From Anaerolineales bacterium (GTDB lineage Bacteria > Chloroflexota > Anaerolineae > Anaerolineales > RBG-16-64-43), in assembly GCA_049516595.1 (NCBI GenBank), contig JBEKSY010000013.1:11475-75474 (forward strand): a DNA stretch of 64,000 bases, given 5' to 3'. This document shows positions 18,020 through 28,506 of the stretch, one piece after another. The translations under genes were made by a program, and so were the position numbers. Every line of letters begins with the position of its first letter. Position 1 is the first letter of the stretch. Under the pieces are notes generated by a model. The model had not been told where the DNA came from. It saw only the letters and a program-made list of their open reading frames with translations, and searched no databases.

Positions 18020-18970
18020 TTGAACTTCCTCGTGACTGGTGCGGCAGGTTTCCTGGGGTCCGCGCTCGCCAACCAACTGGCCCGAGACGGAAACCAGGTC
18101 CGGGGGTTGGACGATCTTTCAACAGGTGATCCTTCCCGTCTCAACCCCTCGGTTCTATTTACTCGTGGTGACGTTGCCGACCGGCCCAAGTTGTGGACCC
18201 TTCTTCAAGATGTGGAGTGTGTATTTCATTTGGCGGCGCGAGTCTCGGTGTCCGAATCGGTCTCCTATCCGCGAGAGTACAACGCGGTGAATGTGGGTGG
18301 GACCGTGAGCCTGATGGAAGCCATGCGGGATGTCGGGGTGAGGCGGGTAATCTTTGTCTCTTCGGGTGCCGTCTACGGCGAGCAAGAAGAGCAACCCCTG
18401 AGCGAATCGACGATCCCCAACCCTGGCTCTCCCTACGCGGTGTCCAAGCTCGCGGCGGAATATTACGTGCGTACGATTGGCGGACTGTGGGGGATTGAAA
18501 CCACGATCTTGCGAGTCTTTAATGCCTACGGGCCGGGTCAGCCACTGCCCGCGGCTCATGCTCCGGTGATCGCGCGGTTCCTTCGACAGGCCTCGGGGGG
18601 TGGATCCCTGGTGATCCACGGCGAGGGTCATCAGACGCGCGACTATGTGTTCTTGGATGACGTGGTTGAGGCCCTGGCCGTGGCGGCCACCGCGCCAAAA
18701 ATGGACCGGCGCATCATCAACATCGGCAGTGGAATTGAGACCTCGGTGATCGAGCTTGCGCACCAGGTCTTGCAAATCCTCCCTAACGGCGAGGTCCTGC
18801 ACAATGGAAGCGAAGGGGCCGGCGTCTCGCGCATGTGCGCCGATATTCGCTTGGCGGAAAAGACGCTGGGCTATCGGCCACGCCATTCGCTGGCCGATGG
18901 CCTGCGCCTGACGGTGGAGCGCGATATGCGCTTTCAGCCCACCCTTGTGCGTGAAGCCCCTCTGAAGTAG
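18020..18970 (+). CDS. NAD-dependent epimerase/dehydratase (GalE-like extended SDR)
   Basis: TGAAGFLGS, SSGAVYG, YAVSK, FNAYGP, TRDYVF. Confidence 0.92.
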   Translation: MNFLVTGAAGFLGSALANQLARDGNQVRGLDDLSTGDPSRLNPSVLFTRGDVADRPKLWTLLQDVECVFHLAARVSVSESVSYPREYNAVNVGGTVSLMEAMRDVGVRRVIFVSSGAVYGEQEEQPLSESTIPNPGSPYAVSKLAAEYYVRTIGGLWGIETTILRVFNAYGPGQPLPAAHAPVIARFLRQASGGGSLVIHGEGHQTRDYVFLDDVVEALAVAATAPKMDRRIINIGSGIETSVIELAHQVLQILPNGEVLHNGSEGAGVSRMCADIRLAEKTLGYRPRHSLADGLRLTVERDMRFQPTLVREAPLK

Positions 18971-19204
18971 GGACGGCCGGATCGAGCCTTCTCCCGCCCA
19001 CGGGTAACCGCAGGTCCCCCGATTCAACGGAAGAGCCCCCCTATCCTCTCCGTCTCAAGTTCTCGGGATCGGCGGACAAACGGCTGTCTCCACTCCCCGC
19101 TGCAAGCGCACGTCTCCCCAACCGAAGGAAAAGGGAATCCTCCCTCGTGTCCTTTGAGACGGACGGGTCCTGATAGAATTGCCGCCAGGCTGACAATCAT
19201 CGAC

Positions 19205-19822
19205 ATGGGTAACCGCCGACTGTCTCGCTCATTCTTTCAACGCCCCACACTTCGCGTGGCACGCGACCTTCTCGGGACCCGTCTGGTTCGGCTCGAACGG
19301 GTGGGCAGGACCTCGGGATGGGTCGTCGAAGTGGAGGCCTACGTCGGCGAAGAGGACTTGGGAAGTCACGCCAGCCATGGACGAACGGCCAGGAACAAGG
19401 TCATGTTTGGTCAGGCAGGCCGTGCCTACGTATACTTTACCTACGGGATGCACTGGATGCTGAACGTGGTGACGGAGGTGGAAGCATTCCCGGCGGCTGT
19501 CCTGTTGCGCGCCCTTTGGCCCCTGGAGGGGGTTGCCCGCATGCGCAAGAGGAGGGGACGACTTCCGCTGGCGGACGGGCCCGCGAGACTTTGCGAGGCT
19601 CTGGCGGTCGACAGACGGTTCAATGGGCAGGACCTGTGCGAACGGTCATCCAAGCTCTACCTCGAAAGAGGGGTTGACATCCCGGACCGCTTTGTGACCA
19701 GGGGTTCCCGGGTGGGGTTATATTCCGTACCCGAGCCATGGAAGAGTCGACCTTGGCGTTTTCGCGTCTCGCCAGAAGGGACCGCCCTCCTTCGCACGGG
19801 TGAGGGGGCACACCAAACCTAG
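19205..19822 (+). CDS. DNA-3-methyladenine glycosylase (MPG/AAG family)
   Basis: VARDLLG, VEVEAY, AYVYFTYGMH, AVLLRA, GPARLC. Confidence 0.92.
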   Translation: MGNRRLSRSFFQRPTLRVARDLLGTRLVRLERVGRTSGWVVEVEAYVGEEDLGSHASHGRTARNKVMFGQAGRAYVYFTYGMHWMLNVVTEVEAFPAAVLLRALWPLEGVARMRKRRGRLPLADGPARLCEALAVDRRFNGQDLCERSSKLYLERGVDIPDRFVTRGSRVGLYSVPEPWKSRPWRFRVSPEGTALLRTGEGAHQT

Positions 19823-19839
19823 GCTAGAGGAGGAGATCA

Positions 19840-20634
19840 ATGGAGCTACTGAAAGAGAAGACCGCTCTGGTTTTTGGGGTTGCAAATGACCATTCGATCG
19901 GCTGGGGGATCTCGCGAGCCATGCATGAGCAGGGCGCCCGGATGGCCTTCAGCTACGCCGGAGAGGCCCTGGAGCGTCGGGTGCGCCCATTGGCTCAATC
20001 CGTGGGGTCGACCTTCGTGGAGCCCTGCGACGTCTCGAGTGATGAGCAGATCGCCGAGCTCATGCAGAAGGCGGGAACAGCTTTCGGAAAAATCGACATC
20101 CTAGTTCACTCCATCGGCTTTGCTTTGCGTGAGGAGCTCAGCGGTCCCTTCTACAATACCAGCCGCAAAGGGTTCCAGACAGCGTTGGAAGTCAGCGCCT
20201 ACTCCCTCACGGCGTTGACGCGCGCCGCGTTGCCGATCCTCAACCCAGGGGCGGCCATTCTTACACTGACGTATTACGGCTCGGAAAAGGTCATGCCCAA
20301 CTACAACGTCATGGGTGTCGCCAAGGCCGCGCTGGAGGCCTCCGTTCGCTATTTGGCGGCGGATCTAGGCCCCCAGAACATCCGCGTCAATGCCATCAGT
20401 GCCGGGCCGATTCGCACTCTGGCGGCCGCGGGGGTTTCTGGATTCCGAGGGATGCACTCGAGATTCCGTGAGGTCGCACCACTGCGCCGGAATGTGGACA
20501 TCAGCGATGTCGGAGCCGCCGCTGTCTTCCTCTGCTCAGGACTGGCCGCCGCCATCACCGGGGAGGTCCTGTACGTGGATGCCGGATACAGCATCATGGG
20601 CCTAATCGAACCCATGGAAATCTCGGGCTCATAG
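19840..20634 (+). CDS. fabI: Enoyl-ACP reductase
   Basis: [37 protein letters not shown]. Confidence 0.95.
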   Translation: MELLKEKTALVFGVANDHSIGWGISRAMHEQGARMAFSYAGEALERRVRPLAQSVGSTFVEPCDVSSDEQIAELMQKAGTAFGKIDILVHSIGFALREELSGPFYNTSRKGFQTALEVSAYSLTALTRAALPILNPGAAILTLTYYGSEKVMPNYNVMGVAKAALEASVRYLAADLGPQNIRVNAISAGPIRTLAAAGVSGFRGMHSRFREVAPLRRNVDISDVGAAAVFLCSGLAAAITGEVLYVDAGYSIMGLIEPMEISGS

Positions 20635-21111
20635 CAACATCCCGGCCTGCGCCCTGGGCTCAGCCCTCGGGGTTCCCCATTTCCTCAGGCTGGGAGGGCC
20701 GTTTCCATTCCCGCGCCAGGGCGGAAGCTGGTTTGTGGGAGTGTGGGCCCACAGGTCGATCCGCAACCTCCCTGACGGTCAAGCGCAACTCGAGCGTGGC
20801 CTCCGTTCGCGGACGGCCGATCCCTGCGAAACTCCCGCCGAGGCACAGGTGGGGGCTCTTGCCGAGGGAATGCAGGCGAGCGTGGCTCGCGCGGCCTCCA
20901 CCTTGGACGTCCAGCCCACAGTCTGAGACTCATCGGACTCTAGGTCGACGGGGACCTCGTGCCAGGGGCCGGACGACTTATGCGATCCGGGACCGTGCGC
21001 CCCGACGGCTGAGGAGAATCGCATGGTTACGGCAGGAAGAGGTGGCTCGAGGCGCCATTCGAGGGGAGCTGGCTCACGCGTCAGAGGTTATCGGCTGACA
21101 AGGATCCGGAT

Positions 21112-23214
21112 CTAAGGCCATTGATACTGCACGCTGATGAACTGCCAGGAGGTCTGATCCAAGAGGACGTCCATGCGAGTTTGGGCCGCGAACCCGATCA
21201 CTTGTGGATTCCCCCAATCGGCAAGGTTGATCTCTCCTCCAAAACCATAGCGCTTGAGGGCGACGTCTTCGGGTGTGCCTTGAATTTTCACATTCTGCCC
21301 GTTGGGCAGTTTCAATTGCAGCGTGTAATTGACCCCCGGTAAGAGTTGACCTCGCGTCTCGGCCGCGATCATGATGAGATTCCCAACTCGCGCCGTGTCC
21401 CACCCGACGAGATCGCTGCCGGCAGACAGCCACAGGCGCGTGCTGTCGTCGGTCGGTTCGGTGAGAGGCGGCAGGTTGGGCATGCCGGAGGCCGTCAGAG
21501 GAACTCGCGCGAAGCCGGCGGGCGCCACTTGCAGGAGAGGCATTTCGAGGTAGACCTCATCCTCTCTGACGAAGCTACTCAGGAAGGACCCGGCCAGCCT
21601 CTCCTGGGACCGATAGGAGCGCAGCGCCGCGGACTTCGCGGCCAGTTCCGCTGGACCGAGAGCCAGCTCCGTCCACATCGCCCCATTCTGGAGCAGCGAA
21701 ATGGGGGGGACAAGGTCCTCCTGCAGATGGAGTCCCCGAGGTTGAGGATACTGGCCATAGTGGATCAGGTAGGCGAGGACCAGGGGTTGGTAGCCGGGGT
21801 TCTCCCCATTCTGCAGGATGATCGCGAGGCGGGCAAAGTTGCTGGTCCCGCGATGGTCGGGATGGCTGTCATCCGGATGGGGGAGCAAGATGGCATCCGG
21901 GCGGTAGACTTTCAGAATGGTTTGCAAATCCGAGACTAAGTCTGACCCGCAGTAGGTAGAGCTCGGGTCAAACGTGGTCGGGTAAGGGCTGCGCACGACT
22001 CCGGTGTAGGCGGATCGATAGGGACAGTCGCGGGTCCAATCCTGATCCCACATCTTCCCCACCCCTCGATCCGGGTAGCCAAGAAAGAACACATCTTGGG
22101 AGTCAACCCTCAGGTCCTGCAGGGCGGCCAGCGCCTCTCGCTGACGCTGTTCGCCAAGGATCAGGTAGGCTTGAGGGTCGGAGCGCACGTGCTCATCGGC
22201 GATAAACGGTGCGAACCTCTGTCCGTCGCCGTTGGTGACGAAGACCACCTTGACTTGACCCCCGCTCCCCAGGACTCGCTGGATCAGGCCTCCGGCCGCA
22301 ATGATCTCGTCGTCGGGGTGAGGGGCAACTACCAGGAGTCTGCGAATCCGGTCGATCGGCAGATCTGGGAAGGGGTGGGCCCCCTGGGGAGCCGGCACTT
22401 CCGCGAACTCGAATCCCAGCCTTCCCCCTCCCACCAAGAGGATCATACCCGCCATCACCAGCCCTGCCCGGGCTCGGGCCGCCACCCGAGGGACAATCGA
22501 TCCCAGGCCTCCGGCCAAGTACCAGGCGCGCACGATCTGCGCATACATTCGTGCCCGCGTGAGCGCCCCGCGGATGAATCCTCGATGGATCTCGCTTGGG
22601 GGATGCCAGACACCCAAGAGGGGCACGAGCGTAACGCGCCAGTGATTCATGGAGGCGGCGACGGTCCAGGCGGTCTCTAGCCCATAGCCGCTGGCGGCGG
22701 CCTGCGAGAGCTGTGGAATGAGAGACCGTCGGATGCAGCGCTGACCGGTGAGCCAGGGAGTCAGCCAATGCGAGAAGTCGGTGTTCCAGCGCCCACCGCG
22801 AAAAACCCCCAGGGTCATGTCGGTGTGACCCGCAAGCACGGGATCAATCAAGCGGGAGACGTGATCCCTGGTGAACCCTTCGAGATCGGCGTCGAGGAAC
22901 AACACCACCTTGCACCCGCCGGCCTCGTGGATCCCTGTGAGAACGGCCTCCCCTTTCCCCCGGTTCCGGTCATGGCCAACGATGACCAGGCGAGGATCGT
23001 TGGAGGCTGCGGAACGAGCTTCCGCAACTGTGGCGTCGCTTGATCCATCGTCCACAACGATGATTTGGTCCAGAGATTTAGCTTGGACGGCAGCACGAAT
23101 CACTTGGCCAATGTGGTTGGCCTCGTTGAAGGCGGGGATGATGCACACGACCCGTTCCGGACCAGGGTGGGGAGAGTTCGCTTGGAGTTCCGGTTGCGAA
23201 GAGGCACGGCTCAT
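21112..23214 (-). CDS. GT2 glycosyltransferase fused through a TM segment to a PIG-L/LmbE-family deacetylase
   Basis: IIPAFNE, VDDGSSD, GKG, FLDAD; then VAPHPDDE, TNGD, FLGYPD, HPDH. Confidence 0.85.
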   Translation of the reverse strand: MSRASSQPELQANSPHPGPERVVCIIPAFNEANHIGQVIRAAVQAKSLDQIIVVDDGSSDATVAEARSAASNDPRLVIVGHDRNRGKGEAVLTGIHEAGGCKVVLFLDADLEGFTRDHVSRLIDPVLAGHTDMTLGVFRGGRWNTDFSHWLTPWLTGQRCIRRSLIPQLSQAAASGYGLETAWTVAASMNHWRVTLVPLLGVWHPPSEIHRGFIRGALTRARMYAQIVRAWYLAGGLGSIVPRVAARARAGLVMAGMILLVGGGRLGFEFAEVPAPQGAHPFPDLPIDRIRRLLVVAPHPDDEIIAAGGLIQRVLGSGGQVKVVFVTNGDGQRFAPFIADEHVRSDPQAYLILGEQRQREALAALQDLRVDSQDVFFLGYPDRGVGKMWDQDWTRDCPYRSAYTGVVRSPYPTTFDPSSTYCGSDLVSDLQTILKVYRPDAILLPHPDDSHPDHRGTSNFARLAIILQNGENPGYQPLVLAYLIHYGQYPQPRGLHLQEDLVPPISLLQNGAMWTELALGPAELAAKSAALRSYRSQERLAGSFLSSFVREDEVYLEMPLLQVAPAGFARVPLTASGMPNLPPLTEPTDDSTRLWLSAGSDLVGWDTARVGNLIMIAAETRGQLLPGVNYTLQLKLPNGQNVKIQGTPEDVALKRYGFGGEINLADWGNPQVIGFAAQTRMDVLLDQTSWQFISVQYQWP

Positions 23215-23423
23215 CAAGGGTCTCGGCGGACGTTGCGGAGCAGGTCAGCCAGGAACCGACGCGGCGCGTTCCGCGCATGGCCCGCGAAGACCAGGCCAAG
23301 AGGAGGGCGCCGCCCAACCCGCTCGGGCCCAAGGCACGGTCCCTGCCAGGGGTGAGGAATCGCGATCGGCGTCAAGGCCCCGATTGTATCTCAAAGTACG
23401 TCAGATATAATGCCTGTCACCTC

Positions 23424-24065
23424 ATGAAACGGATCGCATCTCATCTTATGAAAGCGCCTGGATCTCAGGCGGAGTTGCTTCAACTCCTTCGCAAGAGGGA
23501 CCCGGTGGCCTGTGCCCAATGCGTACAAGAGCATTCGGATGGACTGTATCGCTTGGCGTTGCGCATGCTCCGGGACCGGCAAGAGGCGGAAGACATCGTT
23601 CAGGAGACGTTTCTGAACGCTTTTCGCAATATCGACTCGTTTCAGGGACGATCCAGTGTCGGGACCTGGCTTTTCCGCATTGCGTACAACGCCGCTCTCA
23701 TGAGGCTTCGCAAAGCCCGACCCGAGACCCTCTCGGTAGAGGGAAGCGACTCGGGCGAAGGGGAGGCCGAACCTTTAGAGCTCTTTGACTTCTCCAGCAT
23801 TCCCGAGAATGAAGCCCTGAACCACGAGGTCCATGACCAGATCGAGGCAGCGATCCAGGCCATGCCTTGGAACCTGAGGGTAGTCTTCGCTCTCCGAGAG
23901 CTAGAGAACCTTTCTACGGCAGAGACAGCAGAAGTCCTGGGGTTGTCTGAAGAGGCTGTCAAGACGAGGTTGCACCGCGGCCGGCTGTGGCTTCGCGAGC
24001 GCCTTTCGCATTACTTTGCGGAACGGGAGGCGCTTGCCGGGGACAAACCAAATGGAACGAGATGA
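23424..24065 (+). CDS. ECF RNA polymerase sigma factor
   Basis: AEDIVQETFL, TWLFRIA, LSTAETAEVLGLSEEAVKTRLHRGR. Start uncertain (23424 or 23448). Confidence 0.9.
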   Translation: MKRIASHLMKAPGSQAELLQLLRKRDPVACAQCVQEHSDGLYRLALRMLRDRQEAEDIVQETFLNAFRNIDSFQGRSSVGTWLFRIAYNAALMRLRKARPETLSVEGSDSGEGEAEPLELFDFSSIPENEALNHEVHDQIEAAIQAMPWNLRVVFALRELENLSTAETAEVLGLSEEAVKTRLHRGRLWLRERLSHYFAEREALAGDKPNGTR

Positions 24066-24321
24066 ATGTCGCAGGCTGCTGGGATCTCTCTCGGCCTACT
24101 TGGATGGAGAGATAGAGGCCCGTGTCTGCCAAGCGATCCAGGCGCACTTGGCCTCCTGTGAGGATTGCCGGGTCGTCGTTGATACCCTGCGCAAGACCAT
24201 CTCGCTCGTGCATCAGTCACCTCAGCCCGTACTTCCCCTTTCGGCCCGGCAGCGCCTCTTCCAGGTCCTTGAGCATGAGGGCTTCATCGCGAAGGATGGT
24301 TTCTGGGCCGACTCCGTTTAG
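24052..24321 (+). CDS. Soluble zf-HC2 (ZAS) anti-sigma factor
   Basis: C...LSAYLDGE...HLASCEDC; overlaps the sigma stop; no TM segment. Confidence 0.88.
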   Translation: MERDECRRLLGSLSAYLDGEIEARVCQAIQAHLASCEDCRVVVDTLRKTISLVHQSPQPVLPLSARQRLFQVLEHEGFIAKDGFWADSV

Positions 24322-24922
24322 GTCGCTCCATCCCAGCCATCCGGGAATTGGCTCCACCGGCAACTCCCGGTGCAGAGCAGGTAAGCCGCGCGAATCGGGC
24401 CGGTCCATGGCTGGCCTGCGCCAAGGGACGATCTGCTCTGGACGAAAGCAGTCCATGATCTCGAGCCCAGGGTTGGGCGGCAGACCCGGCATTGCCGCCG
24501 AGGGGCTGGGGCCCAAGCAGTCGGGGTGCGAGTAATCCTCTGAACGAATGGGCCGCCGGCGGGAGCGAGGGTCACACGGGCATCGGTTATACTCTCTCGA
24601 TGGACTTAGTTTCCCGCATCGAGTGCGTGGGGTAGCTTCTTAGATTTCCGGCTGGTTCCGAGTCGCGGTGATCTCCAAGGGTTGATACCAGCCAGCGGTG
24701 CAAACAGGCCGAGGGGGCGCATCGAGGGAGATCTCAGTGATTGACGCTCGTCTATTCCTCGGCACGAGGGGGCTGCAGCCCAGAACCGAGAAGGTCGGAG
24801 GTCATGCGCGTTAGTGGCCCCCTTGCGCTACTCAGAGGAGGTCGGTTGTTAAGGATCGGAAAGAGGAGCTCAATTGGACCGGTAAGGGGGAAGGGTAAAG
24901 GGTAAAGCGCGGAGGATAAGGG

Positions 24923-25921
24923 ATGGAGTCTTCCACAGGTGCTGGCGACAAGGTACCTAAGGAGGGGGTCGGTGCAGCCCCCCTGGACATCCTGGTCTTA
25001 GGGTCCGGGCCGGCTGGCCTGGCGGCCGCATTGTATGCCGCCCGAGCGGATCGCGTGCCTCTCGTCCTGAGTGGACAGGAACTGGGTGGCCAGGCGAGCC
25101 TGACCAGTACGATCGAAAACTACCCGGGCTTTCCAGAAGGGGTGGGTGGTGCGGAATTGGGGGCGCTCTTCCAGAAACAAGCCGAGCGGTTTGGTGCCCG
25201 GATAGAAATGGACAGCGCCACCGGCGTCGATCTGCGGAGCTGGCCGTTCCGAATCAAAACCTATTCGGCGGAGTATCTGACGCGAGCGCTGATCATCGCC
25301 ACAGGAGCCAACCCACGAAGGTTGGCCGTTCCCGGAGAACAGGAGCTGGTGGGCCGAGGGGTGAGTTATTGTGCGACTTGTGACGGGTGGTTTTTCAAAG
25401 GCAAGGCGGTGGTCGTTGTCGGAGGGGGGGACAGCGCGCTCGAAGAAGGCCTTTTCCTGACGCATTACGCCACCCGCGTCACCATCGTCCACCGCCGCCG
25501 GGAGTTGAGGGCCGGCAAGATTCTCCTGGAGCGGGCTAAGGAGAACCCGAAGGTCTCCTTTCTCTACGATACCGTGGTCGACAGCATCAGTGGCGACGCG
25601 GCGGTCGATGAAGTTCTCCTGAGGGATCTAAGAACGGGACAGCGAACGACGCTCAAAACTCAAGGTGTCTTCATCTTCATTGGGCATGACCCCAACTCTG
25701 CCATCTTCCGCGGACAGCTCGAGATGGACGCTCGAGGTTACCTGACCGTTGATTCCCACATGCGAACCAGTGTGCCTGGGGTCTTCGCCGCGGGTGAAAT
25801 CGCCGATCCGGTCTTCAGGCAGGTTGCGACCTCATCGGGCGCGGGGGTAGTGGCTGCTATCGCCGCCGAGCACTGGTTGGCCGAGCAGGAAGGTCAAATG
25901 GTCCTCGCGCGAGCTGCCTAG
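24923..25921 (+). CDS. trxB: Thioredoxin reductase
   Basis: GSGPAG, IENYPGF, CATCDG, GGGDSA, HRR, TSVPGVFAAG. Confidence 0.95.
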   Translation: MESSTGAGDKVPKEGVGAAPLDILVLGSGPAGLAAALYAARADRVPLVLSGQELGGQASLTSTIENYPGFPEGVGGAELGALFQKQAERFGARIEMDSATGVDLRSWPFRIKTYSAEYLTRALIIATGANPRRLAVPGEQELVGRGVSYCATCDGWFFKGKAVVVVGGGDSALEEGLFLTHYATRVTIVHRRRELRAGKILLERAKENPKVSFLYDTVVDSISGDAAVDEVLLRDLRTGQRTTLKTQGVFIFIGHDPNSAIFRGQLEMDARGYLTVDSHMRTSVPGVFAAGEIADPVFRQVATSSGAGVVAAIAAEHWLAEQEGQMVLARAA

Positions 25922-26116
25922 ATCCAGCCCCTGATGCGCAACGGCCCACAGGAATCGCTGCGGGCCGTTGCGTTATCCGCCGGTTTCTCAATGAGTCAAT
26001 CGCCCATCCCGGGTGCAATCAGGCCCTCCGTTTCCGCTCCAATCAACCCCCTGGGATGCTTTCAGGAGCGGAGGCCAGATCCGCAGGGAACGAGGAACTT
26101 CGGAGGGCACAAACCC

Positions 26117-27349
26117 TCAGCCCCCTACCACCACGAGAGGGACCGGGGTGAATACGAGCAGGAACACGAGCAGTCCGACGATAGCCAAGAGCTTGCGCCG
26201 GTCGTCCAGCGGAGTGATCTGGTCAAGCGGCTCGGCGTGGGACTGCCCGAAGACGAGTATCAGGAAGGCCCAAAGAAACCAGCCCGACCAGACAAAGCCT
26301 AAGGCCACCAGTCCGACCAGGATGACCGGAAGCACGCGGTTGGTTTTCTTCCCGATCAGCACATAGAGAAGATGCCCTCCGTCCAACTGGCTGGCCGGAA
26401 TGAGATTGAGCCCCGTCACCAACAGTCCCGCCCATCCGGCCCAGGCAACGGGACCCAGGAGCACATCGAGACCGCCGGCCGGGATCGGGAGGCCGAGCAC
26501 AAGATAGCGCAGCCAGTAGAGGAGGGGAGCAAGCGTGTAATGGGTGGGCGCGGGCAGAAGCCGCCCGAACACTAACCATTTCGCAATGAGATAGAGCAAA
26601 GAGTTGCCCTCGAGAATGTACGATGTAGCGCTTGAGGCCCGGAGGGGCAGGGTGCTCAGGGATGAAGTCGACAAACCGTAGAGCATTACCGGGATCGCGA
26701 CGATCAGGCCAGCCAAGGGGCCTGCGATGGCAATGTCCAAAAGCACGCGACGGTTCCGGGGTGGCTCTTTCATGGAGATGAAGGCGCCGAGCGTCCCGAA
26801 ATAGCTGAACGGCATAGGGATAAAGTAGGGCAGGCTCACGGCGGTCCGGTGATACCTTCCAGCCAGATAGTGGCCGAATTCGTGCACACCCAATATCGCC
26901 AGAAGACTCACCGCATAAGGCAGACCCGAGTCCAAATGCGAGAACATGTACTCAAGGTAGGCCACGATGCTTCCCACCAATGTTTGTCCTGCGGGGATGG
27001 GTCCGGTGTTGACCATCGAGGCTCCCACGAACAAGACACTAAGGACGGTCAGCCCGAAGAGAGCCACGTTGATCCAGACATTCGAGGGGCGTGCCGCGAA
27101 GACCCCGCGGGACAGAATCACGACATGCTTGTCGCCTTCCGTACGGAAGAGGGGCGTCAGATTGAGCGGGCGAAGGGATTCCGCCAGACGGTCATAGGCT
27201 TCGGCCGAGTCCAGCAGAAGTCGGCCGCGCGCGCGGAGCACATAAGGCTCCCGGGGTGTCCCTGCCGTTGTGTCCTCAATGGACATCACCCGGCCAAGCA
27301 GAGAAGTAAGTTGGGTGAGATCGCTAGCGCTTGCGTCTTGTGCAGTCAT
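26117..27349 (-). CDS. Site-2 protease family (M50) intramembrane metalloprotease
   Basis: HEFGH, GTLGA, IAIAGPLAG, NLIPASQLDGGH. True start lies 3' of tRNA-Sec; the ORF-track N-terminus is the tRNA read in frame. Confidence 0.92.
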   Translation of the reverse strand: MTAQDASASDLTQLTSLLGRVMSIEDTTAGTPREPYVLRARGRLLLDSAEAYDRLAESLRPLNLTPLFRTEGDKHVVILSRGVFAARPSNVWINVALFGLTVLSVLFVGASMVNTGPIPAGQTLVGSIVAYLEYMFSHLDSGLPYAVSLLAILGVHEFGHYLAGRYHRTAVSLPYFIPMPFSYFGTLGAFISMKEPPRNRRVLLDIAIAGPLAGLIVAIPVMLYGLSTSSLSTLPLRASSATSYILEGNSLLYLIAKWLVFGRLLPAPTHYTLAPLLYWLRYLVLGLPIPAGGLDVLLGPVAWAGWAGLLVTGLNLIPASQLDGGHLLYVLIGKKTNRVLPVILVGLVALGFVWSGWFLWAFLILVFGQSHAEPLDQITPLDDRRKLLAIVGLLVFLLVFTPVPLVVVGG

Positions 27350-27361
27350 CAAGGCCTCAGG

Positions 27362-27455
27362 CGGGGATGGATGGGAGTCGAACCCACCGCGGCTCGCAAG
27401 GCGACCCGCCAGCGGTTTTGAAGACCGAGGGGCCCACCAGGACCCAGCCATCCCC
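27362..27455 (-). tRNA. selC: tRNA-Sec (TCA)
   Basis: 94 nt; 8-bp acceptor stem GGGGATGG/CCATCCCC, discriminator G, long D stem with TGGT loop, anticodon loop CTTCAAA, long variable arm, GGTTCGACTCC; followed by CCT. Confidence 0.95.
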
Positions 27456-27606
27456 AAAGGGATACGTGCATTCCAGGAATGCGATGATCCTCAACGTGCG
27501 ATTCCTTGATTCCGAAGCGCCAGCTGCCTCGCGCCGCCAGCCCCGCAGACGGGCACGTCCCTTTCCCGTCCGCCCGAGATCGCACGCCGGGATCGGTTGG
27601 ATTCTA

Positions 27607-28467
27607 TCACCGGGCTAATTGCCGAGCAATGATTCGGCCGTGCACGGAAGAGATCTGTGCGGATCGACCTTCGACTTCGAGATCCGTAATCTCGAGCCAT
27701 TGATCTGTGATCAGATCCAGAACTCCAAAGCCAAAGCCTCTACTGGGTGAGGCGACAGCGTACTGGTTGTCGATCCACAGGACCAAGCCAAGCGGTGGAA
27801 CGGGGGTGCAGGGGGTGCTGAGGACCAACCTGTCGTCCACGCGAAACTCTGCCGAACCCGGGCTCCAGTCGATCTCATAACGGTGCCAGAGGCGGGGATC
27901 CTCAGGAAGCAGGGTTTCCTCAGCCATATAGAAGCGCTTTGCCTGGGCGAAGACGATCCGGCGCAGAAGGGGAACCCGTCCCACGACGACCCCAGCCGCG
28001 GCCAGCGGGGCCAGCAGCAGGGTCGGGACTCGCCGGCTGCGAAGTGCAGTGGCCTTCCACCCCCAGCCGGGCAGGCCCGGGACCAGCGCGATGTCGGTCG
28101 GTGGCGAGGCATAGAAAAACCAGAGCGCCTGTGGCGCAGCCGGCAGGCGCCGCGCGGCCCCTCCCTGACCCAGGCTCAAACTGAAGGGATCGTTCCATAG
28201 CCCAAAGCCAAACGTGCCCAGCGGCTGGGAAATCGAAGTCCGAGCGCGAAGGCTCAGTCGAAACGGTGGCCTGTGGGGGAATCCCGTTCGTGGCGAATGC
28301 CGGTGATCATCGAGTTGGGCATCGGCATAGCCCCGGGTCGAGGTGGTCAGCAACCTTCCATGCCATCGGCCTTCCTCGTCGCATTGGGCCTCGACCCTGC
28401 CGCTACCGAGTTCGAGAGGCTTAAGCGAGACGGGGAGAGAGTCGGCGGTGTGAGAGACTGTAATCAT
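27607..28467 (-). CDS. Hypothetical protein, possible concanavalin/GH16-like beta-sandwich
   Basis: YADAQLDD, GTFGFGLWNDPF, WHRYEIDW..FRVD, LVLWIDNQY; no GH16 ExDxxE motif seen. Confidence 0.65.
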   Translation of the reverse strand: MITVSHTADSLPVSLKPLELGSGRVEAQCDEEGRWHGRLLTTSTRGYADAQLDDHRHSPRTGFPHRPPFRLSLRARTSISQPLGTFGFGLWNDPFSLSLGQGGAARRLPAAPQALWFFYASPPTDIALVPGLPGWGWKATALRSRRVPTLLLAPLAAAGVVVGRVPLLRRIVFAQAKRFYMAEETLLPEDPRLWHRYEIDWSPGSAEFRVDDRLVLSTPCTPVPPLGLVLWIDNQYAVASPSRGFGFGVLDLITDQWLEITDLEVEGRSAQISSVHGRIIARQLAR

Positions 28468-28506
28468 TTCGATCGAGTATAATGCACGCGGCTTGCAGGA
28501 GGAATC

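Noticed and set aside
27350-27457. ORF-track N-terminal extension of the site-2 protease
   Set aside because: It is the tRNA-Sec gene read in frame.
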